Shown piece after piece: positions 35,270-45,264 of a DNA stretch of 62,275 nucleotides. Every line of letters begins with the position of its first letter. Within the stretch, counting starts at the first letter, position 1. The notes below the pieces were generated by a model that worked only from the letters and a program-made list of their open reading frames with translations, searched no databases and was not told the origin of the DNA. A program made the translations under genes and the position numbers. The DNA is from a virus (taxonomy: Duplodnaviria > Caudoviricetes). The DNA lies in IMG/VR virus record IMGVR_UViG_3300045738_000771, positions 1 to 62,275 of that record; one strand, 5' to 3'.

Positions 35270-35958
35270 AACCCTCCGTATCGGGAGGCGTCATCTGGGA
35301 CAGCCAAAAACATATCAACTCTGTTCACATATCGCTCCAGAATCCGGTCAACTTCGACGTACCCAGTGGATTCTCCTTTGCCTATGCCTTTGAACGAAGC
35401 AGTAAAGTCTCCCCAAACAACTTGACTCACGTCTTTTGGAGACATCTTCATAAATCCTGGCATCAGTCTTTCTAAAGTCAGGAGCAGGGTTGCTCTCTTG
35501 ATCTCTGGCGGAGTAGTCGCCCTGCCCCAATCGCCCTCTATCCAGATGTTCTTTTGACCTTTAGGCCATACTCCGCCACGAAAAATTCCCCGCCTTGGCG
35601 TATCTTCAGGCCAAGCCACGGGAGTCTCTAGATAATAGTCATAGACTACAAAGTCTGACCCCTCAGTATAAGTGTGCAAAAGTGTCGTGCCGTTTGTATC
35701 GTAATCCTTAACACTGGTAACAGAGATAAGCCGAGCAACTATCTCGGGATGGAAAAACAGCTTTGTAAGCCCGTTTCCGTCAAACTTGTGGGTCGTTGTA
35801 TCTGTGTAAAAAGTATCATTACAGATGTTCTCTATGAGAGACTCCATCAAGTCGATTTCGTCGCTAATTTCAGTGTCTGAATAGCTACTCTCCACATCAG
35901 ACACCGCCCCACCTGACTTGAGAGCTTTAACCTCAGCCACGCTCACATAATTTCCCAT
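35266..35958 (-). CDS. head-tail connector protein
   Basis: YVSVAEVK...FDGNG...WPKGQKNI...WG...PPEIKRA. Confidence 0.7.
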   Translation of the reverse strand: MGNYVSVAEVKALKSGGAVSDVESSYSDTEISDEIDLMESLIENICNDTFYTDTTTHKFDGNGLTKLFFHPEIVARLISVTSVKDYDTNGTTLLHTYTEGSDFVVYDYYLETPVAWPEDTPRRGIFRGGVWPKGQKNIWIEGDWGRATTPPEIKRATLLLTLERLMPGFMKMSPKDVSQVVWGDFTASFKGIGKGESTGYVEVDRILERYVNRVDMFLAVPDDASRYGGF

Positions 35959-36077
35959 TACCGCCTCCTTGATAGAGCATCTATCGTCTTTCCAATAACC
36001 CAACTCGCTGACCAAACTACTACAGCGATAACGAGGGCTGACGAAAGTTGCTCTAAACCAGTCAAATTTACAGACAC
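35958..36077 (-). CDS. small single-TM protein
   Basis: GGAGGTGA SD before GTG 36077; hydrophobic helix and basic tail. Confidence 0.4.
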   Translation of the reverse strand: MSVNLTGLEQLSSALVIAVVVWSASWVIGKTIDALSRRR

Positions 36078-36130
36078 AATCACCTCCCTGCGATTATCTG
36101 CCTCCATTCTGGCTGACTTAGGCGTGTAGG

Positions 36131-36967
36131 TCAATGAAGATTGAACACCTCGCACGCGTCAAAAACTGCCTTATCTAACTCGGCCTCAGACGCCGTCTTC
36201 TTAAAATGCTCAATTACATCGTCATAAGGACAGTCTAATTCTAAGCGTCCTATAACATAATTTCTTATTTTGTTGTACTTCGTGAGAGGGTACTTGACTC
36301 CCGAAGGACGCTTAAATCTGTGTGCCCACTGTAAAAAAGGTAGACACCAAGTAGTTTTACCTGCCTGACGATACTTCTGATGAATATAACCCTCCTCGCC
36401 ACCAAAGCCTCTGAAATGAGGATTGAATCCCAACCAAGCATCTTTCTTACAACCAAAAATACCTAACCCATGCTGAGGTATATCTATGGGATCTGGTGAC
36501 AAATCCGCTACTGGGACATGCTGCGCCCAAATACCGTGCATCTCTGATCTCCATGTCGGCTCCATGTGAGTAACGCACTGAGTTGGATCATCTAAAAGCA
36601 TCGGGCCTGTAAGCAAATCACTGCAATCGTTTGCATCCAAATAGTCAATAAACTTCCTAAGTGCGCCTGGAACCAGCAAAACATGACAATCCACACAAAG
36701 GACATACTCACCTTTAGCAATCTGAAACACTTTGTCTCGGGAGGATGAAGTGCCTACAGTATCGCCGAAAGCCAAATACTGCGCGTTAGGCACCCATGCG
36801 GTAATGAAATCCTTGACTGCCTGACCGTGGGCAGACTTGGGATTATTATCAACGACTACTATTTCAAGCTCGTCGAGTATCTCGGGGTGATAAAGCCGCA
36901 ATGCCTGAACTGTGAAATATACTCCGTCAAAATCTTCATACGTTGCCATCCCTACTGTCAATTTCAT
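36131..36967 (-). CDS. GT2-family glycosyltransferase
   Basis: TVGMATY, VVVDNN, CVDCH, GFGGEEG. Confidence 0.85.
   Translation of the reverse strand: MKLTVGMATYEDFDGVYFTVQALRLYHPEILDELEIVVVDNNPKSAHGQAVKDFITAWVPNAQYLAFGDTVGTSSSRDKVFQIAKGEYVLCVDCHVLLVPGALRKFIDYLDANDCSDLLTGPMLLDDPTQCVTHMEPTWRSEMHGIWAQHVPVADLSPDPIDIPQHGLGIFGCKKDAWLGFNPHFRGFGGEEGYIHQKYRQAGKTTWCLPFLQWAHRFKRPSGVKYPLTKYNKIRNYVIGRLELDCPYDDVIEHFKKTASEAELDKAVFDACEVFNLH
36622..36635. repeat. dispersed palindrome TGCAA-TCGT-TTGCA (copy 9)
   Basis: read directly; inside the GT2 CDS. Confidence 0.9.
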
Positions 36968-36988
36968 ACTCTACTCCTTCATAATCTA

Positions 36989-38335
36989 TTAATCACTCCC
37001 GTCTAACCCCGAAGCCATCCCTAAAGAATCTAATCGAGTTCTGCGCTTGGTCGTGGAGCCGGGGAGGGCGGTGATAGAGTGCAGCGACTCATCTGCCCCC
37101 ATGTCCCAAGTATCCCCCTCGGAATCTCGGTCTCGACCATCTATGTCTATGTTGACGTTCGTCGGGGAAGTGCCTAAATCAACTCCTCGGTCTACGAACA
37201 AACTCCCGTCTTTTAGGTGTAAATCGGGGTCGCCTATCGTTGAGTCTACAAACGTATTCGCAACCGTGTCTATTATCTCGTTGCTAACGTCCGAGTCAGT
37301 CGCCTCTAGCCCCCAGTAGTCCAGCACTGCGCTTGCGTGAGGGGAAACATTACTCAAGCCTCCCTCTGCATCCCAGTCCATCAAGATTAAGTTTCTGATC
37401 TCGGTCGCGTCGTCTGCCCAAACATTGTAAAAAATATAGCTGTCGTCTGTTGTCAGATCAATTCCGTAGACTGTGGTGTTGTAAATTTTCATCCCGCCGC
37501 TGCCGGTACTCCAAGAAGAAAATATGTGGAAGTAGTCGTTCGGCGCAGCGGAACTTATATTCCAGAGAAAGCAACTAGTGATAATCGGACAACAACCAAT
37601 CGCTCTTATTATATGGGCGGCATGACCAAGGCTACTATCACCGCTGAAATCATAAAATAAACAGTTCTGAATTAGAAAATTTGGCGCGTTATTGCCCTCG
37701 ATTACTTTTTGCGTCTGTACGCTTCCATCTTGACCATCGAATTCCAGCCATGAGAGAGTGGTGTCAGTTATCCAAACCTTGATCATTTGAAGCGAAGTAT
37801 ACACACCATGCTTGAGAACTACCCCTGAACCCTTCGTCCCGTCGTGTCTTGAATCAACGTGGGCTGTGAGCGTGCGACTGTTTAGACCTACAGTGCCGCC
37901 AAGGTTAATCATGACGGCATCTACTGTAAATACGGAGTCGGCATGACACTCGCCAACTGCATCGTCTCCGCTTGAGTAGTAATCGGTATTATCTAAGTCT
38001 GCCCCCCACAGCGCGATGGTAGAGTAGGCTCGCTTGAATAGAGCAGAGGCTTGAGAAAACCCCATATCAAACAAATCACAAGGACTGGCCGAGCCATTAT
38101 CTCCGTCGTCCGTGATATATCTCAGCGTATAATTAGACCCTGAGATGACTGTTACTAGGTAAGTGAACGTCGCATTATACGACGACGCATCTTCGATCAG
38201 GCAGATGTCTCCGACGCTCACTCCGGTCGGATCTGTCCCAAACGTGACTACCCACGGGCCTGAGCCAGTACACCCCGAAGGGGTCTCTGTGTCAATGCTG
38301 GAGTTCGAGCCAATGCTCGTGATTACAGTTGCCAC
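36989..38335 (-). CDS. right-handed beta-helix (pectin lyase-like) virion protein
   Basis: repeated I.NC/NT motifs; C-terminal DLHLK.GS..VDRG...DIDG..R...WDMGADE. Confidence 0.65.
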   Translation of the reverse strand: MATVITSIGSNSSIDTETPSGCTGSGPWVVTFGTDPTGVSVGDICLIEDASSYNATFTYLVTVISGSNYTLRYITDDGDNGSASPCDLFDMGFSQASALFKRAYSTIALWGADLDNTDYYSSGDDAVGECHADSVFTVDAVMINLGGTVGLNSRTLTAHVDSRHDGTKGSGVVLKHGVYTSLQMIKVWITDTTLSWLEFDGQDGSVQTQKVIEGNNAPNFLIQNCLFYDFSGDSSLGHAAHIIRAIGCCPIITSCFLWNISSAAPNDYFHIFSSWSTGSGGMKIYNTTVYGIDLTTDDSYIFYNVWADDATEIRNLILMDWDAEGGLSNVSPHASAVLDYWGLEATDSDVSNEIIDTVANTFVDSTIGDPDLHLKDGSLFVDRGVDLGTSPTNVNIDIDGRDRDSEGDTWDMGADESLHSITALPGSTTKRRTRLDSLGMASGLDGSD

Positions 38336-38338
38336 AAC

Positions 38339-38629
38339 CTAGTCTCCTTGGGTCTTGGCAACTACGCCGAACCAGACGATAGTATCTCCCCCGTTGCCTT
38401 TTACAAATACTTCACGAATGGAGAGATCATTGAAGCGGAATGTCTGCTCCTCGCCCTTGGGAATTCTGAAAAACTCAGCGTCGTCATGGAGTCCTTCAAT
38501 GTTCACTAGGGCATCCTGCGCTCCAGTGTCGATGCAGCGGATACTAAATGACGTACAACCTCCAGTGTCGTCCCAAACCTTCTCCCCCGTAGAATCTATG
38601 GTGGATTGCCCTGCTGACGCTGATGCCAT
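38339..38629 (-). CDS. small structural/decoration protein
   Basis: beta-rich 96-aa ORF in the head region. Confidence 0.5.
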   Translation of the reverse strand: MASASAGQSTIDSTGEKVWDDTGGCTSFSIRCIDTGAQDALVNIEGLHDDAEFFRIPKGEEQTFRFNDLSIREVFVKGNGGDTIVWFGVVAKTQGD

Positions 38630-38633
38630 TTAA

Positions 38634-38837
38634 CTATTCCTTTTTATTTGACGACGACTTCACGATTGCACGAGAAGCGGTGTAACCCAAGGCAGCTAAG
38701 ACTGTGGCTACAATCATGATCGCCTTTGACTGAACTGTTCCCTCTCCCAATACATCAGCAGAGATTACATACGAGACTACCACTGCGGCAAGACTCAACC
38801 AAAATTCTGACGTTTTATAACCTGGCTTTGGCTCCAT
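38634..38837 (-). CDS. holin-like two-TM protein
   Basis: KPGYKTSEFW, two TM helices, GYTASR, basic tail. Confidence 0.6.
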   Translation of the reverse strand: MEPKPGYKTSEFWLSLAAVVVSYVISADVLGEGTVQSKAIMIVATVLAALGYTASRAIVKSSSNKKE

Positions 38838-38839
38838 GA

Positions 38840-39208
38840 CTATTCCCTTTCTGTGCCTAGTTCACGTTTAATAGCCTCAGTATGAGGCTTGACATTCGGA
38901 TTATCGCCCGCCAACTCTTCGAGTGCGTCAGCGGTGTGATGAAATGCTTTGGTAACACAAATCTGATTAGTATGCAACTTTTCAAGTACCTTCTGCGTGT
39001 CAGCAGACGACTGCGCACACTGCTTTGTGGCCTCGGCTGCGGCATCTACAAATTCAATATGTTTGTCGAACCCCTGCTTTATCAAGGGGGTGACTCCTCT
39101 TCCGATTTTCCAAGCTGCGAGAGCTAAAAACAACAAAATTGCTGCCGGTACTCCTACAAGACCAATTAACCGTTCCCAATCTACGAATCCTAGCACCCAA
39201 ATCTCCAA
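38840..39208 (-). CDS. membrane protein with coiled coil (holin-associated type)
   Basis: VGVPAAILLFL TM segment followed by a helical domain. Confidence 0.5.
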   Translation of the reverse strand: MEIWVLGFVDWERLIGLVGVPAAILLFLALAAWKIGRGVTPLIKQGFDKHIEFVDAAAEATKQCAQSSADTQKVLEKLHTNQICVTKAFHHTADALEELAGDNPNVKPHTEAIKRELGTERE

Positions 39209-40366
39209 TCAACTATTTATCAGTTCTCGCAAAATACGATGGATCAAATCTGGGGGGAAGCTAGACTTTACTACCACTTCTCGTGATTGAGTTTTAGCTG
39301 ACCGTACAGACTCGTCTGTAATAATTAATTTCGCATCATACTCAGCATCTACTACATCAAAATGTCTGCTTAATTCAGATGCTATTTCGTGTTTGCCAGA
39401 GCTTTCGTCAATGATCCGAATCCGGTATCTCAACGCCTCTTGTCTATCATTACTGTCTTCACCCGTACAGGCAAGTTTGTCTAAATGCAAAGACTTCAAA
39501 ACGTCGTCTGGCTGGATGGACTCCTTAATTATATCAGATGGCGCATCTTCTGCCTTTAGTGATCTTGACGGGGATACCCCTAATTTGTCAAAAACGTCCA
39601 CTCCTATCAAAGAGGGGTATCGGGATATTACATTCTTCGCCTCAGTCGCCGTGAATATCACTGATCCAGCGACACCTAGCATACCTGCGATATGCGCAAA
39701 ACCTGAATCGCAACCAATAAAAAAATGACTTTGAGCCAATTGCCAAGATTGCCAAAGAAGATCTGAGCTTGAATCTGATAACTTTGTCACATGCGAGGCG
39801 TTATATCCAAACTCATCACAAGTCCCTAACCACACAACATGGAAGTCCCTCCACACCAACTGAGTAACCAAACTCTCCCACTTGTGATCTAGCCAGCGTC
39901 TATTAGGATTGCTCGCCCAAGGATGAATGGCAACAACTTGTCTGCCGTCACGAAGCTCGGGCGCGTGAGAGAACAGAAATTTAGCGGGGGAAGACTCCAC
40001 CCCAGAGCACTCACTTATAGCATCGTAATAATCGCGATCTGGTAAAAGATCTTGCATCACTTCTTTTGTGGTAAGCAAATGCAAATCCAGCACAGCGTCA
40101 AACTTGTGAACTACTTTGAGTTCTTTTGATTTAGCCAGAGTCATCACAGTGTCTATGCCGTCAATCTGACTGACAAGTGGGATCTGCCAAGAGTTGACTC
40201 CCGCCGATACTGTGCAATCCCCAGTAAGACCTGAAACAACTCCTCCAATCCCCATCAAAACATCGCCTACTCCGCCATCAAATCGCAATAACACAGAGCC
40301 TGAAAAGTCTGACGTGATCCGCTTCAAGGGGTCTCGCTCCACCTTAACTACCTCAAAACCTTCCAT
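39209..40366 (-). CDS. GT9 (heptosyltransferase-like) glycosyltransferase
   Basis: GGVGDVLM, IHPWAS..RRW, IGCDSGFAHIA. Confidence 0.85.
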   Translation of the reverse strand: MEGFEVVKVERDPLKRITSDFSGSVLLRFDGGVGDVLMGIGGVVSGLTGDCTVSAGVNSWQIPLVSQIDGIDTVMTLAKSKELKVVHKFDAVLDLHLLTTKEVMQDLLPDRDYYDAISECSGVESSPAKFLFSHAPELRDGRQVVAIHPWASNPNRRWLDHKWESLVTQLVWRDFHVVWLGTCDEFGYNASHVTKLSDSSSDLLWQSWQLAQSHFFIGCDSGFAHIAGMLGVAGSVIFTATEAKNVISRYPSLIGVDVFDKLGVSPSRSLKAEDAPSDIIKESIQPDDVLKSLHLDKLACTGEDSNDRQEALRYRIRIIDESSGKHEIASELSRHFDVVDAEYDAKLIITDESVRSAKTQSREVVVKSSFPPDLIHRILRELINS

Positions 40367-40397
40367 TCCAGGAACTCCTCATCTCGTTACCTTAACT

Positions 40398-40435
40398 AAA
40401 AAAGCCCTGCGAAGAACTAATCCTCCGCAGGGCTT
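40398..40435 (-). terminator. intrinsic terminator after the major capsid gene
   Basis: AAGCCCTGCGGAGGA/TCTTCGCAGGGCTT stem followed by a T-run. Confidence 0.8.
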
Positions 40436-40457
40436 AGACTTAGGGTAGCGAAGAACC

Positions 40458-41450
40458 TTAAGCGTAATCTGACTGGGACAACGACAGGTCGTGCCCTCGG
40501 ACTACCATATCGGGGTTCTCAATCTCGAAATCCACTCGGAAGTGAATGGTAACTTCCCAAACGTCTGCGCGAGGCTGACGATCAAACTCGATTGTAATAT
40601 CTCGTTGCACAAAGTACAGCAAGTTATCGAGGGGAGTTAGCCAAATCTCGAAACTATCATTAGACGCACCTTCGGTGCCGTCTTCTGGCATCAAAGGAAC
40701 TTCCAGCATCGGGATTCCCCACGGGCCGGGGGTCATTCCTCTGGCTAGAACTGAGTCACCACCAATGGTTGCTCGGTCTGACCAGTCAAGCATCCACTTA
40801 TCGTGGGCACCTGAAGGTGCAAGCCAAACGTAGTTAGGCTTCGCCACACGAAAACGACTCGGAATCTTTCGCTTCAAGTCGTAGTACAGCTTCTTGCTGG
40901 GTGCCGTGTCCCCTGCGTCCAACACGTTGGCTGCGGGAACATTATCAGACAAGATTTTAGCCCAACCATCATTGACGCCTAGCAAGTTGTTCTCTGCCGA
41001 CTCGGCATCACCGACAGTCTTACTGTCGTCGCCTTCGATGGCAGCTAACTCGGTATCAATGGCGATACGCTTACTAAACATATTTAGCAGCGTGTCGCGA
41101 ATACCTGCTCGCTCAAGGTTGTCTTCCATGAAATCGGTCTTGAGATCAAACGCGCTGCGATACTTTTCGCAGTCGTAAGTCACGACCGACTCAGTGGGGA
41201 CTCTCGTGGTTGCTGATGCTGTCGAGTGCGCACCTTCCGTAACGATAGTTCCAAGGTCGAGTTTATTGATCTCTCCCTTATTACGATCTGTACGAACAGT
41301 ACGAACCTTCGACAATAAAACACTCTCATTAATCACAAGATCAATGAAGCGATCCGCTTGCTCACGATTCAGAACACTATTTGGAAGTGAACTTTCGTCG
41401 ATTGCAGCTTTACTCCTCATAATCTTTTCGAGGGGTAATTTCAAATCCAT
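40458..41450 (-). CDS. major capsid protein (HK97 fold)
   Basis: LNREQADRFID...DNLE...GD...NDGW pattern; after protease and scaffold; followed by a terminator. Confidence 0.88.
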   Translation of the reverse strand: MDLKLPLEKIMRSKAAIDESSLPNSVLNREQADRFIDLVINESVLLSKVRTVRTDRNKGEINKLDLGTIVTEGAHSTASATTRVPTESVVTYDCEKYRSAFDLKTDFMEDNLERAGIRDTLLNMFSKRIAIDTELAAIEGDDSKTVGDAESAENNLLGVNDGWAKILSDNVPAANVLDAGDTAPSKKLYYDLKRKIPSRFRVAKPNYVWLAPSGAHDKWMLDWSDRATIGGDSVLARGMTPGPWGIPMLEVPLMPEDGTEGASNDSFEIWLTPLDNLLYFVQRDITIEFDRQPRADVWEVTIHFRVDFEIENPDMVVRGHDLSLSQSDYA

Positions 41451-41503
41451 AATGGATCTCCAATCTTAAAACAGAATCTGTAACAAAACTTAAAGCGGTG
41501 TCC

Positions 41504-42283
41504 CTACTGACCTAAAAACGGCCAGATGTTATCGAAACAATCGTTTGGCTGACCTTCTGCTTCCGCAGCTTTCACAGTCTCTTCCCTATCAATGGGATCG
41601 GGGGTCGATTGTGAAATGGCGTCGGCTGTCTTGGTGACATCCGAGACCTGCTTCTGCGTCTCCACAAGCTGGGCTTGCAGATTGGTCAACACCGATGCAA
41701 CCGATTGCATCGGATCTAATTGCTTAACTGATTCGACAGTTTCCGGTTCAGGTTCCGCTTCAGGTTTCGTTTCAGTTTCCGTGTCTTCTGCGACTACCAT
41801 TTTAGCCGCTATAGCTTCCATACCATTACCCATCACTTTAAGTGATTCGGTAAAGGATTCAAATACTGGGGTCAACTGCGCAGAGATACCTTTGGCGGTT
41901 TCCTCTGCTAAGAATGAAGCGAGTATCGAAAGTTCTTCGGTCTCCTTAGAGGCCACACACTTTTCCGACTTCTCGTCATAAACTTGGTTCGGGCCACACT
42001 TGGGAGGCTTGCCATTAGGCTTTCCGCCACCTTCGCCGCCTCCTTCGCCATTACCGCCGTTGCCATTACCGCCGTTGCCGCCATTACCGCCAGCGTTGGG
42101 CGGGAATTGCTTTTTCTTATAGCCTTTCTCGGTATCCACGTCTGAGAGATCATCTTCCGCCTCAGCGGTGGCTACCTCTGCGGTATCAGCTTCAAGGACT
42201 TCATCAGTGGCTTCGTCAGTTACCACCGACTGATCCGTCTCCAGTTGCTCCTCTTCGAGAACAGTGGTGATTTCTTCAGCCAT
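41504..42283 (-). CDS. capsid scaffold-like protein
   Basis: acidic/coiled composition; between protease and capsid genes. Confidence 0.6.
   Translation of the reverse strand: MAEEITTVLEEEQLETDQSVVTDEATDEVLEADTAEVATAEAEDDLSDVDTEKGYKKKQFPPNAGGNGGNGGNGNGGNGEGGGEGGGKPNGKPPKCGPNQVYDEKSEKCVASKETEELSILASFLAEETAKGISAQLTPVFESFTESLKVMGNGMEAIAAKMVVAEDTETETKPEAEPEPETVESVKQLDPMQSVASVLTNLQAQLVETQKQVSDVTKTADAISQSTPDPIDREETVKAAEAEGQPNDCFDNIWPFLGQ
41696..41709. repeat. dispersed palindrome TGCAA-CCGA-TTGCA (copy 10)
   Basis: read directly; inside the scaffold CDS. Confidence 0.9.
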
Positions 42284-42300
42284 CTGATTCTCCCTTTCTT

Positions 42301-43806
42301 CTAAAGTGTGCTTATTGACTTAGCTGCGACCATTAGGCGTGCAACCAACGTATGCGTTCCGGTCATATCATCGGGATCTAATGCAGATGTACTCTTAGGT
42401 CTGCCGGGGCCGCCAACATTGCCTGACGCAAATTGACCGTCACTATCCCTTTTATACTTATCTCCTAATCCTGTCCTACTCGATTTTAGACCCTTTGGCT
42501 TAGATTTACCAGAAGAAGCCAAACCTTTTGGCTTATTCAAGTTTTCCTTGGCCTTGTCATTATCTTTTTGTGCATCTGCGTTCTCCCGTAATGCTCCCTC
42601 AAGTCTGGCTTGCTCTGCGTTATCATCGGCTTTTATAGCCGCATCGCGTTTAACCTTAAGAGCCTTAGCCTCATTCTGCAACTTTTTGCGTGCATCATCA
42701 ATCTTTTTCTTCTTCGCCGCCATCACAATGGCCTGTTCCCGCAGCTTCGCCAACCTTTTCCGCGCCGCCTCTGCCCCACCCTGTCTTGGCCCAGAACCAG
42801 ATGAACCAGATGAACCAGATGAACCAGAGGAGCCTCCAGAAGTTGGCTTCTTTTTCTTTTTCTTCCTAGCTTCTCGCTCAAGTTTTGCAAGACGTTCTTC
42901 CGGCGTGTCGGCAAGAACACTCGTACCTGTCATCGGACTTGCGCCACCAAACGCCGACGCTTTATCTACTAACAGTGGCCCTGCAATTGCATAAACACCC
43001 TCTCTAAGTTTTACCGAAACAAGTTGGTGTAAGTCAAACTCAGTGGCCGACTTTTGAAGACTGTAATGTGAAATAGAATCCGATCTAATAGAGTCTGCAT
43101 GAAGACTATGTTCTTTTAGATAATGTAGCGCGTCTCCGTCATTGGAAAAGAATTCTTTATCGAGCCTGACCTGATGGACAACTAGCGGAAGCAGGTTTTC
43201 AGTTACTCCTTCGGTCTTTCCAATCATTAATGTGGCATCGGGATTTGCTGGAACATTAACTAAAGATATTTCATACAGATCTATATCTGTGAGAACTCGG
43301 GAAGTTGTACCATCCGAGTTGACTTGGTAGTCTACATTAACAAGACCTCTCCACGAAAACGCCTGTAACTCGCCTCGCTCAACCATCTCCCTAACTTCTA
43401 ACTGCGTAACCTCAGCTACTACAAAAAGCCCCTCGTCTCCAACAGACAAGTTGGGCATCTTAGCCTTTGGGATCTGATTAACGATGTCTCCCGACTTTAG
43501 ATCTTTAACACCCCAATCATCCTTGTTGTCCTTAAGCTTCACCAACTTAGACGCATACAATTCTACCGGCTTCCCAACAGCTACAGAGTTTCCTCGTTGA
43601 TCTATCCAAAACTTATGATTTATGAGAAGTGTCGGCGCAGACATAAACTGCTTAATTTTGAACTCACTTGGAGGAACTAGATCGCCACCGCGATCTTTCG
43701 TCCTCGCCGAAGCAAAGCCCTTCACGTACAGCTTCTCACCCTGACTGTCCTCCAAAAAAGTAACGGTCGAAGCGAGGTTTAATAATTCTCGACGTGGCTC
43801 GGCCAC
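42301..43806 (-). CDS. HK97-family prohead protease with long C-terminal extension
   Basis: GFAS...DRGGD, NH, AFS, LYEISLVNVPANPDA; GGAG SD before GTG 43806. Confidence 0.85.
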   Translation of the reverse strand: MAEPRRELLNLASTVTFLEDSQGEKLYVKGFASARTKDRGGDLVPPSEFKIKQFMSAPTLLINHKFWIDQRGNSVAVGKPVELYASKLVKLKDNKDDWGVKDLKSGDIVNQIPKAKMPNLSVGDEGLFVVAEVTQLEVREMVERGELQAFSWRGLVNVDYQVNSDGTTSRVLTDIDLYEISLVNVPANPDATLMIGKTEGVTENLLPLVVHQVRLDKEFFSNDGDALHYLKEHSLHADSIRSDSISHYSLQKSATEFDLHQLVSVKLREGVYAIAGPLLVDKASAFGGASPMTGTSVLADTPEERLAKLEREARKKKKKKPTSGGSSGSSGSSGSSGSGPRQGGAEAARKRLAKLREQAIVMAAKKKKIDDARKKLQNEAKALKVKRDAAIKADDNAEQARLEGALRENADAQKDNDKAKENLNKPKGLASSGKSKPKGLKSSRTGLGDKYKRDSDGQFASGNVGGPGRPKSTSALDPDDMTGTHTLVARLMVAAKSISTL

Positions 43807-43840
43807 AAGTATCTCCCTAATTCGGTGCACTTTAAGCTAA

Positions 43841-43870
43841 ATACTACAGGCATACGTCAATTCGTGTCAA
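43841..43870 (-). promoter_or_regulatory. sigma70-like promoter TTGACA-N18-TAGTAT for the head operon
   Basis: intergenic, near-consensus boxes. Confidence 0.55.
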
Positions 43871-43911
43871 TACTCTATTCAATAGACGCTTCTTTACTGT
43901 CCACCTCCTCT

Positions 43912-45264
43912 CTAAGGAGCAATATCATCAACGTCTGCGCGTACTGGGCGAACTCCCGTAATGCGTTTCCGTTTAGACTTCAAGTTAGCTATGCGTTTCT
44001 TAGCTTTCCTAGAAAATGCAGGGTCTCTTCCCCACGGGCCTGCTAAAATCTCTACAATTGATTGCACCTCGTCGTTAATTCCCGCCGCCGTAGTGGGCAT
44101 TTTACCCCCGATCTTAGGTATCTCACCTTCAGGTAAAGAAACCTCCGGCTTAACACTAGTTGGCTTGGGCGCGAGGGCGCGAGGGAGAACTGGCGGGGGG
44201 ATTATGATAGGAGTACGGCGTCTAGGCAAGAAGCTGCGTCGAGGACTTCGTGGAGTTGGGGCAATTCCTGGGGCCATAATTTGAGGCTGACCATCCCAAG
44301 GCTGCAATAAAATTCTCGGGTCAGATAAATCTGCCTGAATCGTACATCTACAATTCACCGAGTCTGGGCCGTCGCCTGGGTGCATAGCTCCATTAGAAAA
44401 TGGATGTGGATACGGAACTAACCCTTCCCCTTCATTCAAAGTGTGTGACGCCCGAACTCGTCTATCTCCCACCGTGAGCCAGCTACGTTTCTTAACTCCC
44501 GATCTGATATATTGGTCGTTCATCGCCGAATTAAAAGCGACTTGAATTTCAGTGGTCGCAATTCGCAAAGCCTGCCAATCCAACACTCCTACAGACCCCG
44601 CAATTCTGGCTGCTATTTCATCAATCCCCAAGTTGGCGATAAACAGCCCCTCGATTATAGTTCCTCTAGCAGTTCGCAACGCCACGCTGCCAAGCTCTGC
44701 GCCAGCTATAAGCGTACCCTCCTCCAGCCAAAAAATTATCTCCTCCTCCGTCAGCCCAAATTCAAAAACAACGCCTGCGTCCACGACAGGGGGAAGTGCC
44801 TTTGATACCGTCGACCTCTCAAAAGCTTCGAGCCTCCGTGAGCGTGCCCGAAATCCCAACGATCTTAGCGAAGTGATACCGCCGTACTCGTAAGCCATAC
44901 GAATATACTGTCGGTGTATTCTCTGAAAAGCGCGTCTCTCTGAAGAATCAAAAACGAAGTCGTCTAACTCAAGCAGGTGCCCTTGAACTAACGAAGTAGC
45001 CTCTCGCCTTAAATCTCGCTGCTTAAAATAGCTAAGGCTAAGAAGTCTACGTTGCTTCTTAAACAACTCCAAATATCCCGCATCTCTCAACGATGCTGCG
45101 ATCTTCACCATAAGACGGCCAAGCACCTTGGATATATCCGAGGCAAACGACTTCTCTAAAGCAATACGAAAATCCCCTGACGCTGCTTTAGTAACCAGCA
45201 ACTTTTGAGTTTTCTCTATGAGCAAAAACTCAAGCTCGGTATCACTTTTTTCCCGAATCGTCAT
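43912..45264 (-). CDS. head morphogenesis protein (Mu gpF/SPP1 gp7-like)
   Basis: RIATTE...WLTVGDRRVRASH...NCRC. Confidence 0.85.
   Translation of the reverse strand: MTIREKSDTELEFLLIEKTQKLLVTKAASGDFRIALEKSFASDISKVLGRLMVKIAASLRDAGYLELFKKQRRLLSLSYFKQRDLRREATSLVQGHLLELDDFVFDSSERRAFQRIHRQYIRMAYEYGGITSLRSLGFRARSRRLEAFERSTVSKALPPVVDAGVVFEFGLTEEEIIFWLEEGTLIAGAELGSVALRTARGTIIEGLFIANLGIDEIAARIAGSVGVLDWQALRIATTEIQVAFNSAMNDQYIRSGVKKRSWLTVGDRRVRASHTLNEGEGLVPYPHPFSNGAMHPGDGPDSVNCRCTIQADLSDPRILLQPWDGQPQIMAPGIAPTPRSPRRSFLPRRRTPIIIPPPVLPRALAPKPTSVKPEVSLPEGEIPKIGGKMPTTAAGINDEVQSIVEILAGPWGRDPAFSRKAKKRIANLKSKRKRITGVRPVRADVDDIAP

Noticed and set aside
32071-42690. One-mismatch palindrome-like sites at 32071 (TGCAAACTTGTGCA) and 42677 (TGCAACTTTTTGCG)
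   Set aside because: They lack the central YR pair of the true copies, and about two such hits are expected by chance.
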